Shown here: positions 51,827 through 62,367 of the stretch, piece after piece
How the letters are laid out: each line of letters starts with the position of its first letter
Numbering within the stretch: position 1 is the first letter of the stretch
Origin: Sedimentisphaerales bacterium
Lineage (GTDB): Bacteria > Planctomycetota > Phycisphaerae > Sedimentisphaerales > Anaerobacaceae
DNA: 64,000 nucleotides
Direction: 5' to 3'
NCBI GenBank assembly: GCA_963708075.1
Contig: OY970194.1
Span: 4,672,001-4,736,000, forward strand
Notes under the pieces: generated by a model
Told to the model about the DNA's origin: nothing
The model's database searches: none
The model's input: only the letters and a program-made list of their open reading frames with translations
Position numbers and translations under genes: made by a program

Positions 51827-52456
51827 CTACGGCTGCCAGCCGGAGCCGGCGATGAGCAGGATTGCCACAACGATTGTACTCCAAAGCCACGCAGGACCGA
51901 ACATCCGCACTGTGTGCCTGTACTGCCGGTATGGCTCAGGAAACCGCACGCACATATCGTACTTCTCTTCGATCAGGGCCTGCGCTACGAATATGCCAAG
52001 CAGTGCGGGAAACATCAACAACCCATCCGGATTGCGGGTGACCAGCGCCAAACCCAGAGAAATCCAGAGGATCCCGGTGTAGATGGGGTGCCGGGAGTAC
52101 CGGTAGGCGCCCGACGTCAACAAACCTGCCCGGACATCCTGCAAACCTAGGACCTTTCTTTGCCTGACGGAGGTGACACACAGCGCGATGCCGAGACATA
52201 CCAGGATCGATCCGGCCGCGACGAAGCCGACATGAACGCCCGGATGCATCAACCATGCGGGGCGCTCATCCCATCCGCCCGCGGGCGGCAGAACTGCGAT
52301 GAGGTAGCAGCAGGCGTTGTATGCGGCCACACCGAGAATGTTGAAGAGCCAGTTCTCCATCAGCCGCTCGTGCCTTCTGCGGCATCTGAGCATATAGAAA
52401 TCGATCGAGGTCATGGCCACCAACCCACCAAGCAGAATCACGCGTACCGTCCACAT
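51827..52456 (-). CDS. ICMT/PEMT-family membrane methyltransferase
   Basis: LLTSGAYRYSRHPIYTG, EE...RF...Y..Y; several TM segments. Confidence 0.8.
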   Translation of the reverse strand: MWTVRVILLGGLVAMTSIDFYMLRCRRRHERLMENWLFNILGVAAYNACCYLIAVLPPAGGWDERPAWLMHPGVHVGFVAAGSILVCLGIALCVTSVRQRKVLGLQDVRAGLLTSGAYRYSRHPIYTGILWISLGLALVTRNPDGLLMFPALLGIFVAQALIEEKYDMCVRFPEPYRQYRHTVRMFGPAWLWSTIVVAILLIAGSGWQP

Positions 52457-52609
52457 ACCATCTCTCCTTGCACTTTCTCATGGATAAAATGAACCTGCCG
52501 GCCCTCAATGGAAGGACCGGCATGCAGGGGCGGGTTTCAAACCTGCCCGTACGATATCCATCAAGGCGGCAGGTCGGTCGTCAGGCCCACCGCCTTATGT
52601 GGAGATCGT

Positions 52610-53905
52610 TCATTGTTCGCCCTTGATATGAGCGATGAGTTCGCGTGCGTTCTTGAGGGGGAATCTCTCCGGATCGCGAACGCCCTCACCAGCCTTCAGG
52701 CAGTTCTCGAAGGCTTCCAGCGCCTTCTCCTTTTGCCCTGTGTCCCTGTACTCAAGGCCCAGATAGAACCAGGTGGCTTCGATCCAGCCCTTGAGGTGCG
52801 GATACTCGCGAATCGCCTTCTGATAGACCTCAATTGCCTTGTCGTGCTGTTCGAGCCGGGCGTGGCACAGGCCGATCATCATTAGCGCCTCTTCCGCGAC
52901 ATTGAGCTTCGGATACGTGTTGTAGACCTGCCAATAGATCTCGATAGCCTCGGCATACTTGTTTTCCTTGTGGAACAGGTTCTCCGCCTGCTGGAACAAG
53001 GCCTGTGACTCCAGCGAATCCTTTTCATCGCCGATCGTCACATCCGGGGGGACTTCAAACAGCTCCGCAGGATACTCCTGGTTGTAGGTAAACGTCTGCG
53101 CGTCGATGTACGGCTCCCCTTCATGTTTCAAGTTGCTCCAAAGCTTGGCTCCGTCGAGCAGTTTGCTCTCGGGGTCCACGATGAGAAGGAACGAGATATT
53201 CGAGGGGGGATGCGTGCAGGTGGCGAGGATTCGCTTCCTGCCTGTGCTCGGGTCGCGATCGACGGATTGCTGCCAGTTCTCGGCAAACTGCTGAATCATC
53301 TTCGGCGCCTCACGGACCACCCACGGCGCCAGCTCGGCCGCCTTGTACCAGTATTTCAGGTCGGGGATCCCGGGGCCGTAGTACACCTGGGCGGTCTTTG
53401 CATCCGGCCAGCACTCGTACACCACATCGCCCTTGGCAACCATGATGTGATTCTGCACTTCGCCCCGCATCTTGAGAGGTGAGTTCTCCGTCGGCACCTG
53501 TACCCAGAAGCGGAACGGTACAACACTGGGCTTGGCGCCAAAGGGCCAGACGACCGTCCCTTCTATCTGCATCGTCTTGATCTGCTCGATAGCCTCGATG
53601 GTCTGCTCCATCGACCATGCGATGTTCGTTTTCCGATCCAGGCTGACGACCGCCAGTGCAATCAGCACCACGGCTGCCGCCGCACCAAATCTCACTTGTC
53701 GCTTTCTCATCAGAGTTCTCCCTAATCGGATGATCCACGCGCCCGACGGGCCATCGGTCATTTCGTTATCCAATGGACGCCGCAGCGCATCGACCGCCCC
53801 GGCGTGCCTCTGTCGCCATGCCTCGAAGTCCGGCGCGGGCGGATCGCCCGGCGCCGTCCGGCGGATGGCTCCCTCAAGGTCCTGTTCGTTGTACATGCGT
53901 TCCAT
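52610..53905 (-). CDS. Putative anti-sigma factor with C-terminal TPRs
   Basis: Starts 2 bp after the ECF stop; one TM segment, periplasmic domain and TPR repeats. Confidence 0.7.
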   Translation of the reverse strand: MERMYNEQDLEGAIRRTAPGDPPAPDFEAWRQRHAGAVDALRRPLDNEMTDGPSGAWIIRLGRTLMRKRQVRFGAAAAVVLIALAVVSLDRKTNIAWSMEQTIEAIEQIKTMQIEGTVVWPFGAKPSVVPFRFWVQVPTENSPLKMRGEVQNHIMVAKGDVVYECWPDAKTAQVYYGPGIPDLKYWYKAAELAPWVVREAPKMIQQFAENWQQSVDRDPSTGRKRILATCTHPPSNISFLLIVDPESKLLDGAKLWSNLKHEGEPYIDAQTFTYNQEYPAELFEVPPDVTIGDEKDSLESQALFQQAENLFHKENKYAEAIEIYWQVYNTYPKLNVAEEALMMIGLCHARLEQHDKAIEVYQKAIREYPHLKGWIEATWFYLGLEYRDTGQKEKALEAFENCLKAGEGVRDPERFPLKNARELIAHIKGEQ

Positions 53906-53907
53906 GG

Positions 53908-54462
53908 TTATCGCTCCCGGCAGAAGCCTTCTTTCTCCAGGTGGTCCTGGATTTGCCGCCTGGCCCGGGCCAGGCGCCCCTTGACCTTGTCCCCGGAGAT
54001 GTTCAGCACGGACTCGATCTGCCTGTAACTCATCCCGCTGTAGTAGTGCAGGACGATGACTTCGCGATACATGGGCGGCAAGCCGTCCACAGCTTCCTTG
54101 ACGATCCGGTCGAACCCATCGGAGCCGGAATGCGCAGGCTCCTCGGTAACCGCAAGCTTCTGGAGCCCCGCATCGCGTCTTCTGGCCCGGGCGATATCCT
54201 GGGCAGCGTTGCGGCAGATCGTCCCCAGCCATGGGCCGAAGCGGTCGAGTTGCCGCAGGCTTCGCATCTTCGCGCACGCCGTGGCGAATGCCTGCTGTGC
54301 CGCATCTTCCGCCAAGCCCCGATCCAGGAGCACCGAGTAAGCGACCCAGACCATCGGGGCGTAGTATTTCTCATAGAGTCCGGCCAGGGCTTCTGAATCG
54401 CCCCTGCACGCCGCCTCTATCGCGGCTCTCTCATTGTCTTCGCAAAGTCTCAACACGTTCAT
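53908..54462 (-). CDS. ECF sigma factor
   Basis: AEDAAQQAF, FGPWLGTICRN, LPPMYREVIVLHY, VKGRLARAR. Confidence 0.9.
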   Translation of the reverse strand: MNVLRLCEDNERAAIEAACRGDSEALAGLYEKYYAPMVWVAYSVLLDRGLAEDAAQQAFATACAKMRSLRQLDRFGPWLGTICRNAAQDIARARRRDAGLQKLAVTEEPAHSGSDGFDRIVKEAVDGLPPMYREVIVLHYYSGMSYRQIESVLNISGDKVKGRLARARRQIQDHLEKEGFCRER

Positions 54463-54496
54463 CCGTTACAGGCTCACTGATCAGTGTCTATCATAA

Positions 54497-54524
54497 AGAC
54501 GTACCAGGGAAACTGAAAGTGCGC
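54497..54524 (-). promoter_or_regulatory. ECF-type promoter motif GCGCACTTT-N13-ACGTCT
   Basis: Identical motif and spacing at 56972-56999. Confidence 0.6.
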
Positions 54525-54564
54525 CCGGATGAACGATTAGATGCACGTATGTCCTGTTCCGGCT

Positions 54565-56814
54565 TCACGGTGACATGCCGGCTTCGCTCGTGCCGCCATA
54601 GGCGCCCAGGTTGATGCGGCCGCCGTTCGGGGCAGTCTCGTCACCGACACCCATTGCGGGATCGCCGGCATTGACGCATGGGCTCGTAGCGGCATCCACC
54701 ACCCATTGCTGAGCATCCGCATCCCATCGGCCCGCCTGAGACTGGAGATGATAATCGCCGCCGACCCAGACGGCGCCGTCCCAGGAGCCTGATCGGGCAA
54801 AACACGGATCGACGTCCAGGTTTCCGTCACCCGGCCAGCCGCCTTTTACATCGCTGTATGTCACCGCTGATGAACGACCGTAGATCTGCTGGCCGTTTGC
54901 GTCTGCATTGTTGAAGTAGAGAATCGAGTTGACGACTGTCGGGCTGCCGCCTTTGATGCCATAATCCAGGTTCTCGACAATCGTGCAGTTGATGATTTGC
55001 GGGTCGTTGTGGGACATGCCTGTGCGTCCCTCCTGCGGATCCATCATGATACCCGAGCCCCGGTTGCCGGCGATGACGCAGTTGCGAATCATGGGTCGGG
55101 TGTAACTGTACAGTTCGATGCCCGCCCCGCTATTGGCCACGATGCGGCAACGGCGAATAGTCGGCGATGCATGATTGCAGTAGATCGCCGTCTTGGCCCC
55201 GCTGATGGTCAGGCCCGCCAGCACGCAGTTGGCATCTTCACCGCTGGTGAAACTCAGGGCCGGCGCAGACTCTGTGCCGCTGATCACGGTTGTGGCCACG
55301 ATCCGAGAGTCATTCGGATCGGTCGAGGTAAGCGTCACACGCTTGCCCTTCATAGCAATCCCCTCACTGCCGGCCCCGGAATACCTGCCGGGCCGGAGCA
55401 CGATGGTGTCGCCGGGACGGGCAGCGTCGATCGCCGCCTGGATCGTGCGGTAACCGATTGAGCCGATGGCAATTGCGTGGGGCTGTCCGGTGGCAGCCGA
55501 GACGCGAAACTCGGCAATCCCCGGCTCCCCCCAATCGACGCCTGTCACCGTCAAACGCACGTACCGTGCCGGTATAGGCTCAAATGTGTCTGTAACCGGT
55601 TCCATGGCGGTCCCAGCCGTTGTGTTGTTCGTGCGATCCACCACCTGAGCGTAGGCATCCTCCGCCTGCGCCTTCACCTCCACGCGGAACTGACAAGCCT
55701 GCCAAAGCGGACACACCACCTGCGTTCGATGGATCGGGTAGACATCGCCGAGATCCACTTCCAGCCACTGCGGCAGGCCTTCTGCACTCCAGTAGGTCTG
55801 TGTATCAGCGTCAACAGCCTGCGAGGCGGGGTACCCCAGCGATTCCGCTGAAAAGGCAATGCGATGATCGAGCGCGATATTTGTATTGTCGCCAAAGAGC
55901 ACGATTCTGTCGATTGCAGGGCCCGCCTCATCCGCAAGGTTGCGCACCTCCACCACATTGTCGCCCGAATTGAGACGCGCATAGGCAGTCACACTGCCCC
56001 ATACATCCCAGGCCCCGGTGGGAGCGCAAAGCAAGTTGGGCTCTATCACGGCCCCGTTGACAACGACTTGGACACCGATGCCCCGTGACGTGCCGTTGCT
56101 GTAGCGCAACAGGAGGGCCCTCGTTTCTGCCATGCCAATGTTGAGAATCCCTTGGATGGCATCCGGCTGGCTCCCCAGCCGAATGTACCCGGCGCCTGAA
56201 TATCCGGCAAAGGCCGTTTCGATCCGTTCGTCAGGAATGGCTGCGGCTTCTTCCGCTTCGAGAGTCACGGGGTCGTACTCAATGACGTAGGCCATGGGTC
56301 CAAAGCCCGATGAGTTCGTCTGATCGTTCCAGGTGGGCGCCGGACCTCCGGATCCCAGATAGTGAATCCGATCTTCATTCAGAGCGCCGGCGGTCTGAGA
56401 GGGCTCGCCCGCACGCCAAGCCGTGTACTCGAAAGGCTCGCCCGTAACCCAGACCCAGCCCCCCGCCGGCTCTGAAGAACCGGGCAGTTGGTAACCGCCG
56501 AGCCAGGGTCCGTAGTCATTACCTATCGCCTGGACAAACAGATCGGTGCTCATGGCGTACACGAAGTCATTCTCCGCCTCCGAAGCGATCGTAGCCAGAT
56601 ACCCACCCGCTAGAGTGGCTATCTGGTCTGCCGAGGTCCATGGAATCAACTCAGATACGCCCACCGCCTGGTAGGCGTGACCATTGCCCCCTTCCTCGAC
56701 AGGCCAGAGACGAGCCGCAGCAGTTGTCTGCTCCCAATCGTCTGCGGCAGAGACGACAGCGAGATTAAGGAACAACAGGATCATTGCGACTACAGGGACT
56801 TGTCTGTGGTTCAT
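54565..56814 (-). CDS. Secreted multidomain protein: C-type lectin-like, CBM6/35-like, F5/8 type C, right-handed beta-helix
   Basis: GGYLATI.SEAENDFV / WLGG / WND; LRYSNG / TGAWDVW; WLEVDLG / ARYVRL; TIQAAIDAA..GDTI; RINLGAYGG. Confidence 0.75.
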   Translation of the reverse strand: MNHRQVPVVAMILLFLNLAVVSAADDWEQTTAAARLWPVEEGGNGHAYQAVGVSELIPWTSADQIATLAGGYLATIASEAENDFVYAMSTDLFVQAIGNDYGPWLGGYQLPGSSEPAGGWVWVTGEPFEYTAWRAGEPSQTAGALNEDRIHYLGSGGPAPTWNDQTNSSGFGPMAYVIEYDPVTLEAEEAAAIPDERIETAFAGYSGAGYIRLGSQPDAIQGILNIGMAETRALLLRYSNGTSRGIGVQVVVNGAVIEPNLLCAPTGAWDVWGSVTAYARLNSGDNVVEVRNLADEAGPAIDRIVLFGDNTNIALDHRIAFSAESLGYPASQAVDADTQTYWSAEGLPQWLEVDLGDVYPIHRTQVVCPLWQACQFRVEVKAQAEDAYAQVVDRTNNTTAGTAMEPVTDTFEPIPARYVRLTVTGVDWGEPGIAEFRVSAATGQPHAIAIGSIGYRTIQAAIDAARPGDTIVLRPGRYSGAGSEGIAMKGKRVTLTSTDPNDSRIVATTVISGTESAPALSFTSGEDANCVLAGLTISGAKTAIYCNHASPTIRRCRIVANSGAGIELYSYTRPMIRNCVIAGNRGSGIMMDPQEGRTGMSHNDPQIINCTIVENLDYGIKGGSPTVVNSILYFNNADANGQQIYGRSSAVTYSDVKGGWPGDGNLDVDPCFARSGSWDGAVWVGGDYHLQSQAGRWDADAQQWVVDAATSPCVNAGDPAMGVGDETAPNGGRINLGAYGGTSEAGMSP

Positions 56815-57066
56815 ACTCTTCTCCTCTAACAGAATGCGTGCATCGATTCAGGCTTTCCGCCGCGCCTTTATAGCTATGTCTCTTTTAGACGCAGAAACCG
56901 GCGACGAATCTGTAAAAATAATCCTCCCGGAATCCCGCCTGTGACCGGCCGGTGGACTGTATCCAATTCATAGACGTGCCGCAGGGTCAAAAAGTGCGCA
57001 AAGGGACCGGATGCAGTCACCGTATGGACCGGCAGATCCACAGAAGGCGGCATCAGCCTGTGATGG

Positions 57067-58083
57067 CTATCTTGCCGGGCTTATCTTCCGGCTGCGCCTC
57101 CTGCGGATGATGACTCCAACGATGGGGAGAGCTCCCACGCCAAGCCAGGCGGCGTTGTCCGAGGCGATCGACCCGAGATCGATCTGCGTGTAATCCGCCG
57201 GGATGTTCGGGTCGAATGTCCCGGCCGGAATCACCGCATTCCACTGGTAATCATACGTCGTGATCTCCACGTGAACCTTCTGAAAGTAAGTCATCAAGCC
57301 TCGATCTGCGTCAACCTCTATCTCGGCACCGACCGGCAGACTGGTCCGGACATCGACGAACAATCGCGCGGTCAGGTTCTGAATCGGGAAGAGGTACTTC
57401 GTGTGCGCCGGCAGCCAGGAGAGGTCGAAATCGGTCGCCTCGAACCCCTCCACGTCGAAACCGTCGAGGTGGGACCGACCCAGCTTGGTATACGGAACCG
57501 AGGTGAAGTAGTTGACCAAACCCGCAGGGACAATCATCTTACAGAGTTGTTCATAGAGCTCCTTGGGGGCGGGCAGTTGGATGTACTTCTTGACCTGCGG
57601 GAACAGGATGATCACCTGCTGCTGCTCCCTGGGAAGGTAGATGCGGTAAAGGAGAGCCCCGTTCGGATCGTATTGTTCCTCGACCATTCCGCGGTCCGTC
57701 GAGAAGTAGTTTTGGACCTCGCCCGTGAAGAAGGGCTTGTCCTCTCCCAGGCGATAGACGACACGCCTTTGCTTGTGGATCACGGTGTGCGTCTCGCTGA
57801 GTTTCTGCGCCACGTCGGCCAGAACGACGCCGTGCCGGCCGAACGGGTTCAGGAGCACGAGTGATGCTGTGAGGATAATTGTAGCAGCGACAGAATACTT
57901 CGTGATTCTGCTTTCCATGATCGTTCTCCAGATGGCAGGACCCGGCCCGGGGGCCTGTGGTCGGTTGTTCATACTCGCAGCCAGAGCGGCACGGGCATCG
58001 CCAAGGATTCGCTCGTCAGTGGCCTGGCCCGCTCGCATGCAAGCCTGCCCGACGATCTGTTCCACCTGCTTCGAGGACTTCAT
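57067..58083 (-). CDS. Putative anti-sigma factor (TM segment plus LolA-like domain)
   Basis: Follows an ECF gene; IWRTIMESRITKYSVAA TM segment, FDPNIPADY. Confidence 0.65.
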   Translation of the reverse strand: MKSSKQVEQIVGQACMRAGQATDERILGDARAALAASMNNRPQAPGPGPAIWRTIMESRITKYSVAATIILTASLVLLNPFGRHGVVLADVAQKLSETHTVIHKQRRVVYRLGEDKPFFTGEVQNYFSTDRGMVEEQYDPNGALLYRIYLPREQQQVIILFPQVKKYIQLPAPKELYEQLCKMIVPAGLVNYFTSVPYTKLGRSHLDGFDVEGFEATDFDLSWLPAHTKYLFPIQNLTARLFVDVRTSLPVGAEIEVDADRGLMTYFQKVHVEITTYDYQWNAVIPAGTFDPNIPADYTQIDLGSIASDNAAWLGVGALPIVGVIIRRRRSRKISPAR

Positions 58084-58095
58084 ATCTGTCGTCCG

Positions 58096-58677
58096 TTATA
58101 GAAGGGTTCTCAGCTTCTCGATGCCATAGCGATAGCGGCTCTGGACCGTGTTGATCGAGAGATCCAGTTGACCGGCGATCTCTCGAAACGTCTGTTGTCC
58201 GCGGATGCGCAAGGCGATCACCTCGCGTTGTTCGGCCGGCAGTTGGGCCAGCGCCTCGAAGACCCGGGTCGATTCCTCCGAGACAATCAGCCTTCGCGCC
58301 GGACAGTCGCAATCCTCGGCGCAGTCCAGTTCGTCCGCAAGCGGTACGGGCTGCAACTGGTGCCTCTTGATCTGGTTTTTCGCCCGATTCGCCACGCAGC
58401 GCACAAGGTACCCTCTAAGGTTCCTGGTCGCACGCAGGTCCGCCGGGGCCGCCGCGAAGTGGACGAACACATCGTGCACACAATCCTCCGCCGCGTAACG
58501 GTCATTCAGCAGCGACATGGCCACGGTCAGCAGGTCGTCCTTGTACCGATGATAGACCTGATGCAGCGCATCCATATCCCCGCGACGCACGCGATGTACC
58601 AGACGTCTGTCTCTCAAGGCAGCCCTTTCTGCACCCGGCTCCGTCGTGGCCACGCCCGGCGCCGGCGGAACGTTCAT
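58096..58677 (-). CDS. ECF sigma factor
   Basis: AEDCVHDVF, LPAEQREVIALR, INTVQSRYRYGIEKLR. Confidence 0.9.
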   Translation of the reverse strand: MNVPPAPGVATTEPGAERAALRDRRLVHRVRRGDMDALHQVYHRYKDDLLTVAMSLLNDRYAAEDCVHDVFVHFAAAPADLRATRNLRGYLVRCVANRAKNQIKRHQLQPVPLADELDCAEDCDCPARRLIVSEESTRVFEALAQLPAEQREVIALRIRGQQTFREIAGQLDLSINTVQSRYRYGIEKLRTLL

Positions 58678-58761
58678 CCACAGTCAAGACAAGCGAGCCG
58701 CTCATTTTAGTCTATCATGTCGGCTTTCGCTCGCCTCTTCATGCCGCCGGACGTGCCAATG

Positions 58762-58785
58762 AAAAGGCCCCGCCGGAGCGGGGCC
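58762..58785 (-). terminator. Intrinsic terminator after degP-like gene
   Basis: GGCCCCGC-loop-GCGGGGCC followed by TTTT on the minus strand. Confidence 0.7.
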
Positions 58786-58809
58786 GATGGATTGCAGATT
58801 GTGGTGCCG

Positions 58810-60291
58810 CTACTCTTTTTTCTCCTGTTGCAGGACCACGTAGCGGTCCACGCTTTCATCTCTGACCAGCAGCAGGACCTTGCCGCGGCTCTGGGCCTTG
58901 CGCACCGCGTCCTTGAATTCCTTGACGCTGCTGATTCGCTCGCGATCTACCTCTCGGATCAGCGCTCCTCTTGCGATTCCCTTCTCGTCGGCCTCTGAGC
59001 CGGACTCGACCTCGGTGACCACCACGCCTTCCATTCCCTCGTACCCAAGCCGCTCGGCCAATTCGTCCGTCAACGCCTGCACGGAGAAACCCAGGCTGCC
59101 AGGAGATTCCGGCTGCTCGCTCGAAGCGGTGACATCGTCGGGCCTCTTGGCCAGCTTGACGGCGAAGTCCATCCGTTTGCCCTCTCTCAGGATCACCAGC
59201 TCGACCTTACTATCCGGCTTGTGCATGGCGACACGGTTGCGGAAATCGTTGGCGCTGTCCACGGGCGCGCCGTCAAACTCGACGACCACATCGCCTCGCT
59301 TGATTCCGGCCTCATCGGCGGCGGAACCCTCCGTGACCTGGGAGATCAGAACGCCCTTGGTATCCTTGAGTCCGAAGAACTCCGCCATGTCCGGCTCGAT
59401 GTCCTCCGGGTAAACTCCGAGGAAGCCTCGCACGACGGAGCCGCTCTCCTTCAGTTGCGTATAGACATGTTTCGCCATATTGATGGGGATGGCCAGTCCG
59501 ATGCCGATATTTCCGCCGGGACCGATGATCGCGGTATTGATCCCCACCACTTTGCCGTCCAGGTTCAGCAGGGGTCCGCCCGAATTGCCGAAGTTGATCG
59601 CGGCGTCGGTCTGGATGAAGTCCTCATAATTGGCGACGCCCAGGCTGCTGCGGCCCTTGGCGCTGACGATTCCCGCCGTGACCGTGTGGCTCAGACCGAA
59701 CGGGTTGCCGATAGCGATCACCCATTCGCCGACTTCGAGGCCGGCGGAGTCGGCCAGTTCGAGAAACGGCAGGCCCTCGGCCTCCACCTTAATGACGGCG
59801 ACATCGGAATCCGCGTCGGCGCCGATGACCTTGGCGTCCACTGTCCGGCCGTCCGAGAGCTTGACGCTGACCTTCTCCGTCTGGCCGACGAGATGGTTGT
59901 TGGTCAGGATATAGCCGTCGGCGGTCACGATGAAGCCGGAGCCCTGGGCGATCTCCTTCGGCCGCGGCCGGGAGTACTGGCGGGGCATCTGCCGGCGGAA
60001 AAAGTACTCGAACAGGTCTTCTTCGGTGGAGGGGCCGGTCGGGCCGTTCTCCAAGGATTCTTGCGACTCGCGGTCACTCCTGGTGGATTTCGTAGCTTTG
60101 ATGCCCACCACGGCCGGCGACGCCTTACCCGCGATCGCGGCAAAGGCCTTGCCCATCTGCCGAAGCGCCGCGATGCTCTGGTCGTCCTCCCCATACGCCG
60201 AAACCGGCAACACGGACAGAAAAAGTACGGTAATAACCGACGGTATCAACCGGCGGAATTTGCTCTCTGTATGCACAGTGCTCGTGCTCAT
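58810..60291 (-). CDS. degP: Do/DegP-family serine endoprotease with two PDZ domains
   Basis: GSGFIV, ILTNNHLV, SDVAVIK, IQTDAAINFGNSGGPL. Confidence 0.88.
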   Translation of the reverse strand: MSTSTVHTESKFRRLIPSVITVLFLSVLPVSAYGEDDQSIAALRQMGKAFAAIAGKASPAVVGIKATKSTRSDRESQESLENGPTGPSTEEDLFEYFFRRQMPRQYSRPRPKEIAQGSGFIVTADGYILTNNHLVGQTEKVSVKLSDGRTVDAKVIGADADSDVAVIKVEAEGLPFLELADSAGLEVGEWVIAIGNPFGLSHTVTAGIVSAKGRSSLGVANYEDFIQTDAAINFGNSGGPLLNLDGKVVGINTAIIGPGGNIGIGLAIPINMAKHVYTQLKESGSVVRGFLGVYPEDIEPDMAEFFGLKDTKGVLISQVTEGSAADEAGIKRGDVVVEFDGAPVDSANDFRNRVAMHKPDSKVELVILREGKRMDFAVKLAKRPDDVTASSEQPESPGSLGFSVQALTDELAERLGYEGMEGVVVTEVESGSEADEKGIARGALIREVDRERISSVKEFKDAVRKAQSRGKVLLLVRDESVDRYVVLQQEKKE

Positions 60292-60421
60292 CGCTATTCT
60301 CCAACTGCTTGTCGAAAACCACAAGACCCCAGGGTCGCTTCAACTGCCACCCCTTTGAATCTAGGATGCATCCACTTATACCGCCCAGCCTCACGCTGTC
60401 AAGCCCTTTCCACCGCACCCC

Positions 60422-61644
60422 CAGGGCTATCGCATCTAAATGCCAAGGACCTTAAGCAGGTAGTCTCGGTCCCAGCCGGCTCGGAGGCGTTTGGCGGCGA
60501 TGCCGCCCTTGGCCGTCTTCTCCTGCTTGAGCAGCATCAGGGCGATTCGACGCAATCGCGAGAAGTTCTCGGCGGCGTTGGCCACTCGGACTCGACTGGC
60601 GTCCTCATGGAAACTCACGTCCAGCGACCAGTGCAACTGGACCTCCACGGACCAGTGATGGCGAATCAATGTCCCCAGACGCTGGGCACAGTGTCCCGGA
60701 TGGGAGCTGATGAAGTAGTGTCGCTTTCGTTCGCACTGGCCGTTGACCTGACGCTCTCGCTCGATGGCCGTGAGGCTGCCCAGACCCGGCCAGTCGTGAC
60801 GCCCTTGCAGCCATCCCACATCGCTGGTAGTCCACACCCGCCGGGTTTCCAGTCGTCCATGGCCTTTTTCCACGGTTTCCCAGAAGTCCTGCTCGCCGGC
60901 AAACCCGTGGGCGATGCCGTCCTCCATGTACATCCGGGCATCCTCGTACAGAGTCCCTTGGTTAGCCTTGAGGGCCAGCACATAGTCGCCGCCCTGATCG
61001 ACGATCTGCTCGGCGATCTCCTTTTGACAACCCATGGCGTCAATCGTGATGGTTGCCTCCTCCACGTCGAGCAGCTTGAGCAACTCCGGGATCGCGGTGA
61101 TCTCATTGCTCTTGGCATCGACCGCCCGTTGGCCGAAAGCCACGCAGTTCTCGTGGACCCAGGCACTGACCATGTGCAACGGGCCTTTGGCACGGACCCG
61201 ATCAAAGCTGTTTCGCAGGGTCTTGCCGTCGATGGCGATGTGCTTGCCCCGGCTGCTGCCGGCCAGATCCGCCACAAACGCCTGCATGACCGCTTCAAAC
61301 GCATCCGGGTCCAGGGCGGCAAAGACCCGACCAAAGGTATCATGCGATGGAATGCCATTGGGCAGGTCCAGAAACGTGCCAAACCATTCCTCGTTGACGT
61401 TGCCGAACATCTCTACGTCCGTCCAGTGCTCAGCCCCGCAGATCACGGCACAGACGCCAATGACCAGAATATCCTGTAATTCATGCCGTTTCGTCCGCTC
61501 CACGCGAGGATCAGGAACCGCGGCAAAATGATCCCAAATCGATTTCTTCATCAAAAACGTATTCCTCTCTACTTGAAGTGTCTTGCTTCTGAGAAGAATA
61601 CGAAACCATGCCTGCAAAGGCTCAATTTAGATGCGATAGCCCTA
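60422..61644 (-). mobile_element. ISAs1-family insertion sequence (1223 bp)
   Basis: TIRs CAGGGCTATCGCATCTAAAT / ATTTAGATGCGATAGCCCTA; 10-bp TSD ACCGCACCCC at 60412-60421 and 61645-61654. Confidence 0.93.
60436..61551 (-). CDS. ISAs1-family transposase
   Basis: [60 protein letters not shown]. Confidence 0.95.
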   Translation of the reverse strand: MKKSIWDHFAAVPDPRVERTKRHELQDILVIGVCAVICGAEHWTDVEMFGNVNEEWFGTFLDLPNGIPSHDTFGRVFAALDPDAFEAVMQAFVADLAGSSRGKHIAIDGKTLRNSFDRVRAKGPLHMVSAWVHENCVAFGQRAVDAKSNEITAIPELLKLLDVEEATITIDAMGCQKEIAEQIVDQGGDYVLALKANQGTLYEDARMYMEDGIAHGFAGEQDFWETVEKGHGRLETRRVWTTSDVGWLQGRHDWPGLGSLTAIERERQVNGQCERKRHYFISSHPGHCAQRLGTLIRHHWSVEVQLHWSLDVSFHEDASRVRVANAAENFSRLRRIALMLLKQEKTAKGGIAAKRLRAGWDRDYLLKVLGI

Positions 61645-61654
61645 ACCGCACCCC

Positions 61655-62140
61655 TCTCGCGGGGGGTGCGGTCGGCATTCGGTGGCGGATTCGGATTCCA
61701 GCCGACACAAGAGCGCAGCCCAGTCTTCTTTCGCCCCTACGGGGCTTTGAGATAGGATTGGCTATCGCTCCCACCGTTGAAACGGTGGGCTAGTGTCGAT
61801 CGCCCCTGTGGGGCGGACGGGCCGACGCAAGAGGACTGGAGCGAAGTCCAAGCCCGCAGGGCGATAGCCAATAGCCGCAACGCCTGTGGGATAGTGATCA
61901 ACCCGTCCGGGCGCAGTTCAAGCCCGAAGGGCGATAGAGAATAGCCTTCAGTTTGACAGGACCACGAAGCTCAGCCATGGCGCAGTCCAAGCCCGCAGGG
62001 CGATAGAGAATAGCCCAGCGATTTATCGCTGGGGAACCGGGGCCGAGGATAAAAGCCAGTCCCGTAAGGGACGAAAGAGGGCCGCTCCGCACACGGTGGC
62101 TACACGCCGCCACCATATTCCGACCGCACCCTCTCGCGGG
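61655..62140. repeat. Composite REP cluster bounded by about 35-bp inverted repeats
   Basis: Three CAAGCCCG(C/A)AGGGCGATAG..AATAGCC direct copies; outer GGGTGCGGTCGG...GGTGGCGG / CCGCCACC...CCGACCGCACCC arms. Confidence 0.7.
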
Positions 62141-62367
62141 TGTCCGTGCAGATTATAGGGCACTGTGCCGGATAGCAGCAGCGAGCACCGGCTTGCCGAT
62201 GGTTTGTCCATTCGCCATCAGCAAAGCCTTCGGCCTCGAGCCATACCCAATCATCCATCATCAATCATCCATAACCAATGATTCCGAACTGGCTCTGGCG
62301 GCTGGGCGTAGGATGTGGTAGAATGGCGAGATGATTGGACAGACTGCTCTTTTCGATAACTGAATAC

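Noticed and set aside
59221..61479. 752-aa plus-strand ORF and other long overlapping ORFs (e.g. 11564-12649, 17980-18975, 29404-30459)
   Set aside because: These are antisense shadows of real genes in GC-rich DNA with no recognisable motifs; the 752-aa ORF also crosses an IS boundary.
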